Below, in pieces: positions 40,160 to 54,468 of a DNA stretch of 64,000 nucleotides. The stretch spans positions 19,716,001-19,780,000 of the forward strand of contig NC_043012.1 in NCBI RefSeq assembly GCF_006345805.1, in the 5' to 3' direction. Origin of the DNA: Octopus sinensis (Eukaryota). The stretch's first letter is position 1. Each line of letters begins with the position of its first letter. Both the position numbers and the translations under genes were made by a program. The notes beneath the pieces are model-generated. The model made no database searches. It worked only from the letters and a program-made list of their open reading frames with translations, and had not been told where the DNA came from.

Positions 40160-40580
40160 GTCGAATCTATTATGGTATTGAGAACGCACGGCTGATCTTG
40201 GTTATTGGGACCGCTTTAAAAACACTGAAGCATTGTTCTCTCCAACGCCACCATGAGCGCTAAATCCTTAACACAATGTGGAAATGTACACCAGCGGCAT
40301 TGCCCAAATGACCTTAATATCAAATTCGGAAATCTCGCAAGGCAACCGCCGATAAAATTCAAGCGCACATCATATAAATATATTACAACTAAATTTCTTT
40401 TTATCAACAGGCTCTGATCTATCTACAATTATCCCAAAACAAATCAAGGACGAAACAGATGCCCAAACCTTCAAACGGTTTTGTCAAACGTTACCAGGTA
40501 AGCCATCTATACTTGGGTATATCTCAGTCAACAGCTCCCTACATGGATTGACCATGGTACCAGAAAGCTTGAATTTAAAT
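40160..40580 (+). mobile_element. Decayed CR1/Jockey-group LINE 3' region
   Basis: With one frameshift: GYWDR/LKTLKHCSLQRHHER*ILNTMWK, then IIPKQIKDETDAQTFK...LPGKPSILGY; same type as 18610-19150. Confidence 0.65.
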
Positions 40581-41142
40581 GAGTTGATAATTCCTATCAG
40601 GTGGTTCTATTAATAAGTTCTGCGCCAAGTTTGGGCCGAAACTTTAGTTTATCTAACTTTATTGAATTTTACATTTATTCTATAGCTTTTAACGTCCAGG
40701 GAAGAGAGGGATTAGCATAATTAAAATGGAATTGATTATCTCTCTGTGTATGTGTGCGTGCGCGTTTGGAGGTGCGTGTATTCTAAATATTAAAGATAAG
40801 AAACGGAGAATTATGTATCCGCAAACGCTTATTTTTATTACAGTTCTATATTAAAAAAAATTCACATGAAATATCTGTCCGAAACGTATTTCCACAGCAT
40901 AGATAAATTAAGATGTGGCATCTCGTTGCCTCCAGTTCGTTCAATCGCATTATCAGTTCATGCGGGGTCATTCAAGGGTATTTTCAAACGAAATATCGAG
41001 TGCGTCGTTTATCATAGATTTTAATGCCTTAAATATACAGTTTGCGTACGCTATGAAATTGAAAAAAGTCACGGCAGGATTAAATCGGGTGAAAAACAGT
41101 GTAATTGTTTACTTTTTAAAAACATTTCCTGTCGTTCCATAC

Positions 41143-41222
<80 letters not shown>

Positions 41223-41225
<3 letters not shown>

Positions 41226-41509
41226 AGGCGCAGTGGACTTGCGGTCGTAGGATCGCGGTTTCGATTCCCAGACCTGGTGTTGTGTGTGTTTATTGAGCGA
41301 AAACACCTAAAAGCTCCACGACGCTCCGGCAGGGTGTGGTGATCCCTGCTGCACTCCTTCACCACTCTTTCTCTCACTCTTTCTTCAGTTGGCCTGCTCG
41401 CTTAGCCAGCGGGGTGGCGTCAATCGAAGGCTAAAACAATGCGAACGCATTGTGACCAGCGATGTTTAACAAAATCTGATGGTCTGGTCGGTCACGTGAT
41501 CACGTGATA
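41223..41509 (+). mobile_element. tRNA-derived SINE (head A2 + tail 2), small 5' deletion
   Basis: Head as in 14443/30848; tail as in 51141; ends in GTCACGTGATCACGTGAT. Confidence 0.88.
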
Positions 41510-41916
41510 TATATATATGTGTGTGTGTGTGTATGGGGGTGCTATTGTATATATGTATATGGATATTTGGATATATACATGCACGCAAAAGCATACACAC
41601 TCACCAATCTGCTCCTTTGAATGAAAGACGCTGTGCTTTGTAAATTCAATCGATAACTCCTAACGCCGCTGCTGCAGATGCATTACGAATTCATGTGTTT
41701 AACATGATGTCGCTGAGCGTTGACAAAATGACAGCCAACACTTAGTGTGCAATGGACTCGAAGGGAATAAAAATTCTAATCATGCTCAATCAGACTATCT
41801 TTAGACGATGCCGTTGTATTCTCTAACTAATTTCTGGCAATTTGCTGTCATGATCATTTCACTTACCACTGTATTTAAACATCATGGCACTGTGTGTGAC
41901 GCAGGTTGTGTAAGGT

Positions 41917-41963
<47 letters not shown>

Positions 41964-43187
41964 AATACATGCAAACGCACACATGTGTTAGACCTTGTGT
42001 TACATCAGGTGTAATTTTTTGTCTCTTATTCAACAATTTATTTATATGCGAAAAACCCAAGAGAATTTTCATTAGTGTCCAATAGCCTTATATCTCATCA
42101 GATTAATACCTACCACACATTAATCTATTCGTATTCCACAACACGCACAAAGCTGTTCTAACTTTACTTTTTACCTGCTTTTAAGGCATGTGATGTGAAA
42201 TTCCCTAAATGCTCATATGTAGTAATTTTAAAGTATTGTAAACTTGCTGCATCTAACCCGTCATTTCCATTTGACATAAAACCAACTGGAAAGTGATTTG
42301 TTAAAATGTTCTAGTGTTAACTCTGAATTGATGCGAATGAAATTTAGCAATGAAGATTCAACCTCTTGCTGATATTTGAATGACCACAATCAATTATTAT
42401 ATTTTCTTTAAATCTTAGAGATTTTTAAGTTTGAAAAATTCGCCACTTTCTAGACATGTTAGATCCTAAGTAAAGACAATTCAAACGTAGTTCCCTCCAT
42501 TCAATATGCATGCACTATACGAATTACAGCGTTTTTATATTTAAAGAAAGACTTCAACGCGTCATATTGTCTCCCAAATACCATAAACTATTTTTTGAGG
42601 TTACCGTGTTGATAAAATTGACTTTGCAAGAGACAACTTTAAACTATAGCACAAATATCACTTTGATTAGATATAACAAAAACCTTTAAATTTGTTAGTT
42701 ATTCTACCAAACCTGAAAAATTGTGAGGCAAAGACGGACTCAGAAGTAGTTGAACTTAATCTGTAAAGCTATGTAATTAAGTTTGTCATTGCAGTTAATG
42801 TGTTATTCAGATGGTCCTGCAACATCAGCGGTCTTATGACGATGATCAGAACTAAAGTCAACTCTTAAATAATTGATTCACCTGTTACTACTTGGTGTGC
42901 AGTTATTCAGCTTTATATGGCCTGTAGAATGGTAACCATAGAAAATAATGCAAGCGAAAATTGAATACATTGAAACATGAGCACGATTTATGTATAGAGC
43001 ATTCATAAGGTGAGCATGGCAAGTTTAACTCAAAAATATTTATAGAGTTATCATGAATATAGCATAATCCTATAGGCATAAGAAAATTGACTCTGAAGGA
43101 GAAAGCGATATAAGAAAGATTAAATAATATATTCAACGTTTGCAGTAGTTATGAACGGAATATAAACGTTTTTATATTTAAAGAAAG

Positions 43188-43289
43188 ACTACTCATGTAG
43201 TCTACTCATGTAGGAAATTCTGAAGTAGGAACTACTCATGTAGGAACTACTCGTTGGGAAACTACTATTGGAGGAACTCATGTAGGAAC
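43188..43289. repeat. Degenerate ~15-bp tandem repeat (ACTACTCATGTAGGA)
   Basis: About six imperfect units. Confidence 0.8.
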
Positions 43290-45959
43290 ATAAGCCCCCA
43301 AGCTAATAGAAATAAAGATGGACATAAAACAAATGCAGGAAACAACATTTTTAGAAATATGTACATCATTATAGAAGTTAATCAGAAAACGAAAATAAGA
43401 AATGTATAGAAATATGGTATAGAAATATATGATAAAAGAAGATGTATTTGAAATCGAAGAATATTTTTAAAAAGACATACATGAGAACGCGTGTGGAATC
43501 AGTTAGTATGAACTGTAACCATAAATCTGTATATTAAATGAAAAAAAAAACTTCTAAGATATTATGTTATGAACTGGCAAATTATCAATTGAAAAAGTAT
43601 GCAGCTCCAACAAATTTTAAAATATAAAACTTCTGGATAGGATTACCGAAATTAACACACTGTACAGGAAAGGAACATGAAAGATGATATCCACATAAAT
43701 AAAAAGACTGCAAAGAATTGAGTAATTGGATTCCAAACATAAAGGCGATAATATTATGAACTGGTTGTAGTATTCTTTGCAGAGATGCATAGAATCTAGC
43801 GTAGTTGTCTCATGGATAAGTACACAGGGCGTAAATGATTCATCGAAAGAAAAAGAGAAGCTTTAATTTTGAAGACTTAACAAATGCCGACAACTAAAAG
43901 CTAAAGAGCATAACCTGCCTTCCTGTAAATCATTAAGCTTAGAATAAAATAGCACTTCAGAGGATAACGAACGCCTAAAAGGTAAATAACTATTTCAAAA
44001 GGCAGAAATGGTGCTCAAAATTTCATACGGCCGTAAAAGTCAATTATATAAACTATATATATGGAATATGAGAAATTGATGGCCTGAATATCTTATGCCA
44101 TACCTGCAGCACGTAGCACGTTGATCTTGGAAGTAATAAGGTTGAATAAGTTATAACCAGTGATTAATAGATAAATTAAATACTTGATTACAAAATGTCA
44201 AATAATTCTACAGATATACAAAATCGTGGAAATTAAAGAAATATCTGAACACTTTTGGAACATGAATATGCGACAAATATGCAAGGCCGATGCTCTTGAT
44301 CTACTCTTTTTCTGCTTCACATTACTCTTTAATCAGCAACTGAAATAAATATGGACCAAATATTTTCAATATTTACACCTTCAGAATATGTGTCTTTATG
44401 ATAGTAATGTATTTTATTTGAAGTACAAATGAAACTTATTGAAGGCAATTTAACTACAATCCAGACAATTTAATATTATCACGAATGCAGATGAACGAAA
44501 TTTCGAAGAAATTGGCTTAATCTTGAAGCAATTGACTTAATCATGAAATATTTCTTTTCTAAAATACTATTAAGCATTCTTTCCTGAGCGACTATCTATC
44601 CAGCGATAATTTACAAACCTAGTGTAACGGGTAACATCTCTTCAAGAAACACAAAAAACAACTTTCACGTGTTGACGGGAAGGTTCCTAATAGAAAAACT
44701 CATTTCTCCTCTGCTTACGGAATCATTCGATCATCAGGATGCTTTGCAATAGATTGTTAGTAGGAACGTCTGCAACGAATTCCCAATGTAATATACGGAT
44801 GCATTAGCAACGGATTCTCAAAATTGCTGACCAGTAAGACCAACAATTTTGGAAAACATATCAATGTATGTTTCCCGCCATGCTGCTAATTTGTGAGACA
44901 CCTGGTCAAATACTAGTTCTCGTAGTTTAAAAATAAACTGCCATTTTTGAGAGTGAATTTCATCAGTAATATAAAAATAGAATCTTAATTGTGTTGTCCC
45001 ACGGGCAATTTCAATATTCCGATTTAAAATTAATCATTAAAAGTTCAAACATTTACTAACAAATTAATACCACATTTTATGTACATAACAATCTTAGGTT
45101 GATTTCAATCCCTCTTGGTGTCGTTTAATTGAATTCAAGTAGTTTTGTTACTTGTATATGTTTTACGATATTTTCGTTGATTTCCATTTATATTTAAAAT
45201 GCGTTTAGATTATTTTAATCTATACCGGAAAATACAATGAATTATGTTATAGGTATACTACAGAAACTTATATAAAATTCCAATTCGTGATATAGAATAC
45301 CAAATGTGAAGTTATAAATCTGCACTAAGATCACTATTATGAAAATATATATGCAAATGGAGATAGAAACCTTCATCACAAGTTTGTAAATGCTTCGGAA
45401 CCAAGTAACCAACGAAGAACAAAAGTGATAAATGAAAGAATGTTAGTGAGACCTACCATAGATGCGTTGAATCAATAGGAAACCTATGACAAATGCAAAC
45501 AGAAAAGTGACGTGCATCAATATATTTCGGACGACCAAGGCAGTTGCTGCGGAATCGTTAAAACACGGGGCAAAATGTTTAAAGTTATTCCTTCCAACTG
45601 TATGTTTTGGGTTAAAATTCTACTGAAGTCGACTTTACCTTTCACACGTCAAAGAAAATAGCAAAAGTAGGGTCTAAAAGTAATTAAATGCTGTTGAGAC
45701 ACAGTACATATGTATGAGGTCTAATCGAAATATATCATTTTGCGCGAGGAAATGTCTGATTCAAAGAAATGCATTACTTAAAGTAGGGTAAGGTTTCGTC
45801 TCATGTCTTTATATTTTATGTAAAACGACAATTCAGTTGTCAAACACGTTTCCTACTTAAAGAAATATTCTGATTAGTTTCTCAAAACTGCATGCAACTT
45901 TAATTCGTATAATAAAAATATTAGTGGTTTACGATGGCTGAAATGTAAAATAATATATT

Positions 45960-46345
45960 CTATACTACTCTACGCCCGAAATTGTTGGGGAAGTGGGCTA
46001 GTCGATAAGATGGACCACAGTACGCAACTGGTACTTAAATAATCGACACTGACAGGAAAAGTTGACCTCGGTGGTATTTGAACTCCGAACGTAAAGACAC
46101 ACGAAATACCTATTTCTTTACTACCCACAAGGGGCTAAACACAGAGAGGACAAACAAAGACAGACAAACGGATTAAGTCGATTAGATCAACCCCAGTGCG
46201 TAATTGGTACTTATTTAATCGACCCCGAAAGGATGAAAGGCAAAGTCGACCTCGGTGGAATTTGAACTCAGATCGTAACGGCATACGAAATACCGGTAAG
46301 CATTTCGCTCAGCGCGCTAACGTTTCTGCCAGCTCGATGCCTTGT
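45960..46345 (-). mobile_element. SINE family C, dimeric/chimeric
   Basis: A full unit, then a second partial unit restarting at AGGTATTTCGT with a different tail. Confidence 0.85.
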
Positions 46346-46613
46346 GGAAGGTAATGTATTAGAAGAGAATATATCATACTGCACATGCAAATCTTGTCTA
46401 AGGAAATCATATAAGGAAATCATTTACTTTCTTTGGGTTGCAATAAACAGGATGTATTCCTTCATACCTGCATACATACATACATACATACATACATAAA
46501 AAATATAATGAATTTTCCCATCGATTTACATATATAGCATAAGTGTCCGAAACCCGCATTTGTTATAGTTTGAATTTATTCCTATCAAGTGAATTTAATC
46601 CAGCCGATGACTT

Positions 46614-46663
<50 letters not shown>

Positions 46664-47129
46664 ACTAAATGTAGAGTGTAAGACATCTTACAGGAATGTC
46701 AGCATCAAAGCGTCCCTGATATATCTAGTGTATCTGTGAAAACTAAATATGACAGTTTCACATTGATAGATCAGGGTATATTATTATTTATTACTTTTTT
46801 ATGTACGAGAAAAAGAAAACGGAGAAACTGATATAGAGACACCAATTCATAAGAACATAATACAATTCTGAACAATATCAATTTCAATTTCCCCTACAAG
46901 TATTTCCATGCCCAATTGAATCAATTTGAGAAATTAAATTACATTAAATATCCATTTCGAATATCGTTAAATGTGTATTTCATCAGGAGAAAAATTTTAT
47001 TAATAGGATCTACATTCCGATGTGTTGTCTGAGCTGTGTTCACGCCTGTAAACATGTTTCTAAAAACTACAACTATATACAATGTTAAAGTTACCAGGAA
47101 TATGAATATAGGTGGTACCTCAGGATTAA

Positions 47130-47549
47130 AAGCGGTGAGCTGGCAGAATCGTTAGCACGCCGGGCGGAATGTTTAGCGGTATTTCGTCTGCCGTTACGTT
47201 CTGAGTTCAAATTCTGCCGAGGTCGACATTGCCTTTCATCATTTCGGGGTCGGTAAATTAAGTACCAGTTACGCACTGGGTCGATGTAATCGACTTAATC
47301 CGTTTGTCTGTCCTTGTTTGTCATCTCTGTGTTTAGCCCCTTAGGGGTAGTAAATAAATAGGTATTTCGTCTGCCGCTATGCACTGAGTTCAAATTCCGC
47401 CGAGGTCGACATTGCCTTTCATCCTTTCGGGGTCGATTAATTAAGTACCAGTTAAGCACTGGGGTCGATATAAACGACTTAATCCGTTTGTTTGTCCTTG
47501 TTTGTCCTCTGTGTGTTTAGCCCCTTGTGGGTAGTAAAGAAATAGGTAT
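47130..47549 (+). mobile_element. SINE family C tandem dimer with 11-bp TSD
   Basis: Two body units joined at AGGTATTTCGTCTGCCG; CTCAGGATTAA at 47119-47129 and 47550-47560. Confidence 0.92.
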
Positions 47550-48568
47550 CTCAGGATTAATCTCTTAACAATTATAACTATAAAGATCAGGTAATTCTTA
47601 GTATATATATTAATCTTAAATAAATGTTAACATAAGATTTCATTTATAGGTAAGTATATTATATGAAGGTTAAAAGTATTTTGAGTACGTAACTTAGGAA
47701 TCTGTGGTTAATATATTTTAAATGTTAATTGGTCATCTTAAGTTATAGATAACACGTAATTAATTCAACAATTGTTTATTTTTTATTAATTTATTCCTTA
47801 ACTAATTTTTATTTGTTAACCTTAGTGCTTTCCTCGGGCTTGTGCAAATCTGTTCACACTGTATGTAAACAAATATACTATGGACAAATATCGATGACGT
47901 AATGTTCAACTATGGTAATTAGTAAGCAGTTTTGATTCATCATTGTCTAGTAGCTTTCAACACATTAGTACACGCGCACACAAATTAGTTAATGTAAATA
48001 TTACATATACGTAACTATGATTTTAGAAGAAAAAAAATTATAATGATGATAATTTATTATTTAACTATAGTTTCTAAATTCAAACTGGGTGACTTGTAAT
48101 TAAATTTCTTAAGTGATTAATTACTTTAATGACATTTCGATCTATCATAAGTGATAGTGTAATTTAGGAATAATGCTTTATTAGATTCAAGTTTCAAGTA
48201 ATCGTATCGAAATATCGTTGAAGCTAACAAACGGATATAACTAACACATTACTCCCCATGTGCACAAGTTCCAAATTTACATATACATAATTAACGGTTT
48301 TTCAAATACATTGGTTGCTGAATCGCACATATCTGAATCTATGAAGGGTCAAACAACACATCAGAATGTAGCTTCTTTCTATCAAATTCTTCTCCTGATG
48401 AAATATCCAATTAAGGATATTCGATACAGAAATTTAATTTAATTATTCTAATTGATTCAATTGGGCATGGAAACAGCTGTAGTAAAATTATATTTTGACA
48501 ACTTTTCAGAATTGTATTATGTTCTTATAAAACTGGTGTCTATATGTCAATTTTTCTGTTTTCCTTTT

Positions 48569-48632
<64 letters not shown>

Positions 48633-48865
48633 TATGAGTGTATTTTTACCTTGTTAACAATTAACAAGGAAAAATAAATAAATAGTTACCAGGGCAGCAA
48701 AAATCTCACAAGTAAAGATGTTGTAACTCCTTGTTTTTTTCACTTTCCGAAGAGAAGATTGCATTGTTTATACCATTTATTCTTTTGAATAGTATCAGTG
48801 GAATTTTCGAAACATGTGTCGACAGCAAAAATACTTGTTTAAACCTGCGTTAACTCCATTTTTTA

Positions 48866-48913
<48 letters not shown>

Positions 48914-49190
48914 ATATATACATATATTAATATCTTTACATATATATATATAGGAAAGGGACAGTAAGTGCCTAGATGTAAGGATGACAGGAAAGGCCTC
49001 CTTGAAGATCCAACCTTCTGAGGTGTTTGACAGGGCTTCGGAAAACTAAAGGACAACTTCAATAATTGTTTGAATCCGAGAGGTGAATATGTTGAACAAA
49101 AACCATAACTAACTGACCTTTCTCTGTTTTCTGCTATCCAAAACCAGCACATTTTGAGCAGCTCTCCAGTATATGCACGGATAGAGGGAG

Positions 49191-49224
<34 letters not shown>

Positions 49225-50022
49225 AGCGAGAGAAGACGTTGTCCCCATAGTTCGAAAATTGCACTCAGGCTAGCAAGATCATGTTTTCGGTTCCCTGAAT
49301 GGTGTTGCATTACGATAATGACCAAAGCATTTTTTTTTGTTCGAGCTTCTAGTCTACTCAGAAGTAAAAGGGCAAACATACGACGGTCCGCGGTTCAGAT
49401 GAGCATGAATATTCGTCAGCCCCACCAGCATGCAAGTGATATAATAAGGAATCAACGCAATGCAAAGAATTTAATGTGAAGTCAATGCATAACAGCATAC
49501 GATAATTTGGTTCGGCAATACTTCAAACTTATGTGGGTGCTTTAGTCTTATTTTAATATTAAATTTATCATAACGGGTTTTAAAAGCAAGGACTTTATCA
49601 GGAGTTAACAGTGATGAAAGAATTAGGTATTGGTAGTTTCTTTCTGAAATATTTATCACATGGAAACTGCATAATGATTTCAAATTTTGCCACAAGGGAG
49701 GCAAATTTGGGAGACGGGATTAGTCTATCACATCGACTCGAATGTTCAACTCGTATATATATTATTGTCTCTGAAAATATAAAAGGCGAAGTCGAGCTCG
49801 GCAGATCGGGAGCAAAATAGTTTATGGCTTTGGGTAACAAAAGTACAGTAGGATCAGTTAAATATGAGTTCATTAAACATATTCCCCTCTCAGAATCACC
49901 AACTTACTGCAGCGGTTCGTAATTGCTTTCTAAGCTCTATGAAAGAACTAAGAACTCGGACGCCTGGAACACAAACCACGTTTCCGGGCAATTTTAAAAC
50001 CATAAACGTTTCAGCACCCCCC

Positions 50023-50100
<78 letters not shown>

Positions 50101-51140
50101 ATATGTGCATGCAAATAAAATTGTGTGTAAGTGCTATATATATGACTATATCGTGTAAATTTCCCAACAAGTTTCTGTGAAGCTAGAAGTGTCACTTTTG
50201 CGATATTTTAAGCACAGCACGAATATATTAAATTTTTGCTGAAATGATCATTTCCTGTACACTCGCATTTTATTATCACTCATTACTCATAGTGCATTGG
50301 ACAGGAAGTACCATCAGTAATTATCATTTATAAGTCAGGTGAAATCATGAATTTTAGTGGTATAAGTCTTTATAACAAGAATAGACACATCAACGTATAT
50401 CTCCATAAAGGCGGTACGGAAATAACCAGATTTAAGTTCAGATTAATATCTATTTGTATATCACCTGCTCACTCTGCTTGCAGAATTTGTATCAGGAGAA
50501 ATATATATGTCTAAATGTAAATAGATTTCTTCTTGTATATTGACCTTTGTATATTAACCCTAACCCTAACCCCAATCTGTAACTCATATTTTCAGTCACA
50601 CACACGGCTTCTTAACAGCAAGCCTACATTTTCACGTAATTTTTCTTACCTGTGTATGTAACTATGTATTTATAACTCCTTCACTCCCCATCTCTGTCAC
50701 ATATGTCTCTCTGTGTCTCTCGTTCTTGCTCTCTTTCACTCTCCCCATGTATGTACATGAATACACACACACACCCCGAATTGGATGTCACTGCATTATT
50801 CCAAATGTCACAGATGTCTCTTCTAGAATGCGAAACATGTACAGCAATAGCTTCGGATGCAAGGGCACACAGCAATTTTAAATCATCTAAGAGATCGTCA
50901 TGGAGTAGGTACAGATGTTTTTAAGAAACACCATGACCTTCTCATATCTAAGGGCCCGGATGAAGCAATATCAAGCCAGGTATCTCAAATGAAACATATG
51001 ATTGGCCATTGAAAAAGTGATTACATTAGCGGTGTCCCAGCGTGGCCACAGTAATAAACCTTCAGAGACAGACTTACGTGGACATACATTCATATAAACA
51101 CAGATATAGATATTAATATAGCATATATATAAACAATGTG

Positions 51141-51427
51141 TGGAGGCGCAATGGCCCAGTGGTTAGGATCGCGGTTTCGATTCCCAGACCGGGCGTTGAG
51201 AGTGTTTATTGAGCGAAAACACCTAAAAGCTCCATGACGCTCCGGCAGGGGGTGGTGATCCCTGATGTACTCTTTCACCACTCTTTCTCCCACTCTTTCT
51301 TCTGTTGGCCTGCTCGCTTAGCCAGCGGGGTGGTGTCATTCAAAGGCTAAAAAACAATGCGAACGCATTGTGACCAGTGATGTGCAACAACATCTGATGG
51401 TCTGGTCGGTCACGTGATCACGTGATA
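51141..51427 (+). mobile_element. tRNA-derived SINE (head A2 + tail 2)
   Basis: Homologous to 41223-41509. Confidence 0.88.
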
Positions 51428-51439
51428 TGCAATGTGGGC

Positions 51440-52080
51440 AATTGGCTATAACGTTTGTTCAGGGTGTATGATTTGTGTTGCATCTTGCGTTCAGAATTAG
51501 CATGGCTTCCTTTTTCTCTTGTATGACGCATACTTCACAACGCTCCATTGCAACAGATCTTGGGTGTTTTCTTTTTTAAGCTCTCATATGTAATCGGCTA
51601 GAGAGGTAGAATGTGCCAAGTTAGTGTCTTTAAATGAGCGGAAATGAGTGGACGTGTGTGTTAAAGCGCTTTTAAAGGTCAGCGGTTGTAGCACCTATAT
51701 ATTCCCTTGTAGTTGTTGTTTTGACGATTTTACACCTGTAAGCGATGATTTGGTGAGACAGATACCATTCAAATGGCAGGCGTGTGTCTTCTTACAGCTA
51801 CAGGTTTTCGGAGTGGAGGATCTTTCTGTAGTAATGTTGGATTTTTTAGCATCAGAAATCTGTTTGTAGTCAGCTGTTAAGTAAGGTGAGACGACAAAAA
51901 ATATTGCAGATAGAACGGCTGGTTAGGTTCGAAAGAAATTCTGTTGGCAGCTATACCAATGTGGAGATCACAGATAGCTAATCCCAGACTGATCATTTGG
52001 AATCGTACGTGCAGCCTTTGCATTCTTTGGTTGGAAGCTATTAGATTAAGCAACATTATCAGCAAGATTGTCTGTTGTAC
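51440..52080 (-). mobile_element. Decayed Penelope-like element, GIY-YIG endonuclease region
   Basis: Reverse strand: CSCKKTHACHLNGICLTK, IAYRCKIVKTTTTREYIGATT..KRFNTHVHSF, STSLADYI*ELKK..LQWSVV, i.e. the Cys linker plus GIY-YIG pattern of Penelope elements. Confidence 0.8.
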
Positions 52081-53044
52081 ACTAAGAAAACATAATTCTA
52101 TATTTTCTTAAAATTTGGTAATATGTGTGATTCAGTGGAAAGTTAATTTTCACTGTACCTATGCTTGTACACTCTTTAACATTAATCTTATTCTACATAA
52201 AGACGGAGGTTCTGGATTTCATTCCCCGGGTAAATTATTTCATGGTTTTATATGTATATGTAATATGTATTTGTTTTCCCCCAAGTAACTTGCACATCAT
52301 GTTTGAACTTGCTATGAAGCTAGAACTTGTAAAATATTGGGCATAAACAGCTGCAATCTAATGAAATTCATAAAGTAATTATTTCTCTGCCTTCCCATTT
52401 GATAATGTGTGTGTGTGGGGCGGGGGTGATCACATATATATGATGTCTGTTTAGATTAAAACCGAACAAATATCACCATTTAGTGTCACGGATGAACAGG
52501 CTTGCAGAATTAAGTTTTCACAATATCCTCTACATGTTAAACATTTTTCATTGGAAGATAGTATGGATACAAAATTTTTTATTATTCTCGCACCATCTTG
52601 TATGTGTAAGTCGCATGTTGTGTGTATAAGTTACATACGTTGTCATTTAAACGGTTATATGAAAACATAAGTCTTTCTTCCTATTTTAATGTATATATAT
52701 ACATATATAAAAGAAATACATCCTAAATCAACCAACATCATTCGTTTTATTGAAAATATTGATGCGCTTCAGTTCGTTTTCCAGTATGAATATAGCTATA
52801 TTTATCTGTAAATGGAAGATCTGATCTTTTGGAAATGGAGGCTAGTCGACTGATATCAACAACATACTTTAGCTGGTCGTCTCTTTATGGTTTAAGGAAG
52901 GCTGAGAAGCAGAGGCAAAGTTGACATCGGAGGACTTTGGGTGTGGAACAGAAAGACGAATAAAACTCCGCTAAATATTGTACAAGGCGTGGCCCTCATA
53001 CCGTCCGCTAGACATCCTGTCATATATATATATATATATATATA

Positions 53045-53075
<31 letters not shown>

Positions 53076-53107
53076 GACATACACACACACGCATACATAT
53101 ATATATA

Positions 53108-53370
53108 TGGTTAGAGCGTCGGGCTCACAATAACGGGGTCATGATTTCAATTCCTGGAGCAAGATGGGGTTGGGTTCTTCAGCAAGACACTTTGTTTCAC
53201 GTTGCTCCAGTTCGCTCAGCTAAGGAATGATTTACGACATCAATAGTGTCAAGCTATATTCGACATTGGCTTTCCCTGGCATAAAATTGGTCACTCGAGG
53301 AGGAAAGACATGTATACATGGGTAATTCTTTGTGCCTCAGAGAGTGAAATCTAGGTGCAATCCGTCGCCA
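53108..53370 (+). mobile_element. Degenerate SINE (head B + tail 3)
   Basis: GGTTAGAGCGTCGGGCTCAC...CAGCAAGACACTTTGTTTCACGTTGCTCCAG...TCTAGGTGCAATCC. Confidence 0.7.
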
Positions 53371-54201
53371 TTCATGACAGAAGGCGGTCGTTTTCTTATT
53401 GCCTGCAGCAATATTGTTACTGCAATTTAATATCTATACCCAACCTAATACAGATGCTCAGTGAGAACTCCAAACATTGAAATACTCTATTATTGACTTT
53501 TCGAGATCCTCCCTGATAGGCGTGTGTTGTTTTCTGCTGAAAATCACAACAGTCAGTTGAAAATGATTCATCCTCAGCCGTATTGAATATTGCCTCCAAA
53601 AATGTTGTCACCCTGTAATGTATAAAGGAATTGTAGCACTATCAGTTATCCAAAGCAGCTACATAAAAACGATTGTGTCAATGCAGAAAATTATATGCCA
53701 GGCAAGTCTCAATAAGATATGACTGTTCTCTTCAGAGAAGGAAAGTAAGATATAACAAAATATATGTCTGGAAGAACCTGGAATACATGGCAAACATTTT
53801 CTTTAAAAATTATGTAAGCCGAAGAATAGGGCGACATATTATAATGATAAAAAATCTAACCTTTGCTCTCAAAATACAGGACCAGGTTCTGTAAGTGTTT
53901 GATAGAGTGGTCTAGATTTCTTGGAAAAAGTACTTGATACCCAACTCCGAACATTTCCGGATGAACTACCTTCCCTGCAGAAAATAAGTGCAAGCAGTAA
54001 CATCAAATGCACTAAGATACCAAAAGCTTAATATTAAATTTGGACGAATGAAAATGTTGTAGACCAATCGCAATTCCCTAATGTGAAAACAACTCTCGAA
54101 ATGTAACAAGAGTGTAAAAGTAAAATTGTGTAGATATAGCTATGTGTGTACGTGTGTATGCGTGTGTTGTTGTGTATGTTTATGTGCATATATATATATG
54201 A

Positions 54202-54240
<39 letters not shown>

Positions 54241-54367
54241 CTCACATATATATATATATAGTTGTGCGTGTGTATGTGAATGTTCGTGTGTTTATATATA
54301 TGTGTGTATATGTTTATACATGTATATATATATGAATATAAATATATGTGTAAATATATATATATAC

Positions 54368-54402
<35 letters not shown>

Positions 54403-54435
54403 CATATACATACACACACATATATATATATATAT

Positions 54436-54468
<33 letters not shown>

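Noticed and set aside
43188-43289. CRISPR-like array
   Set aside because: Degenerate tandem units without unique spacers, in a eukaryotic context.
43300-44100. A-rich stretch resembling a decayed LINE
   Set aside because: No recognisable RT or endonuclease motif.
44790-44990. Minus-strand open frame containing YITDEIH (Walker B-like)
   Set aside because: About 60 codons, with no other helicase motif and no convincing splice sites.
50555-50573. Interstitial telomere (TAACCC)3
   Set aside because: Only three units; too short to be informative.
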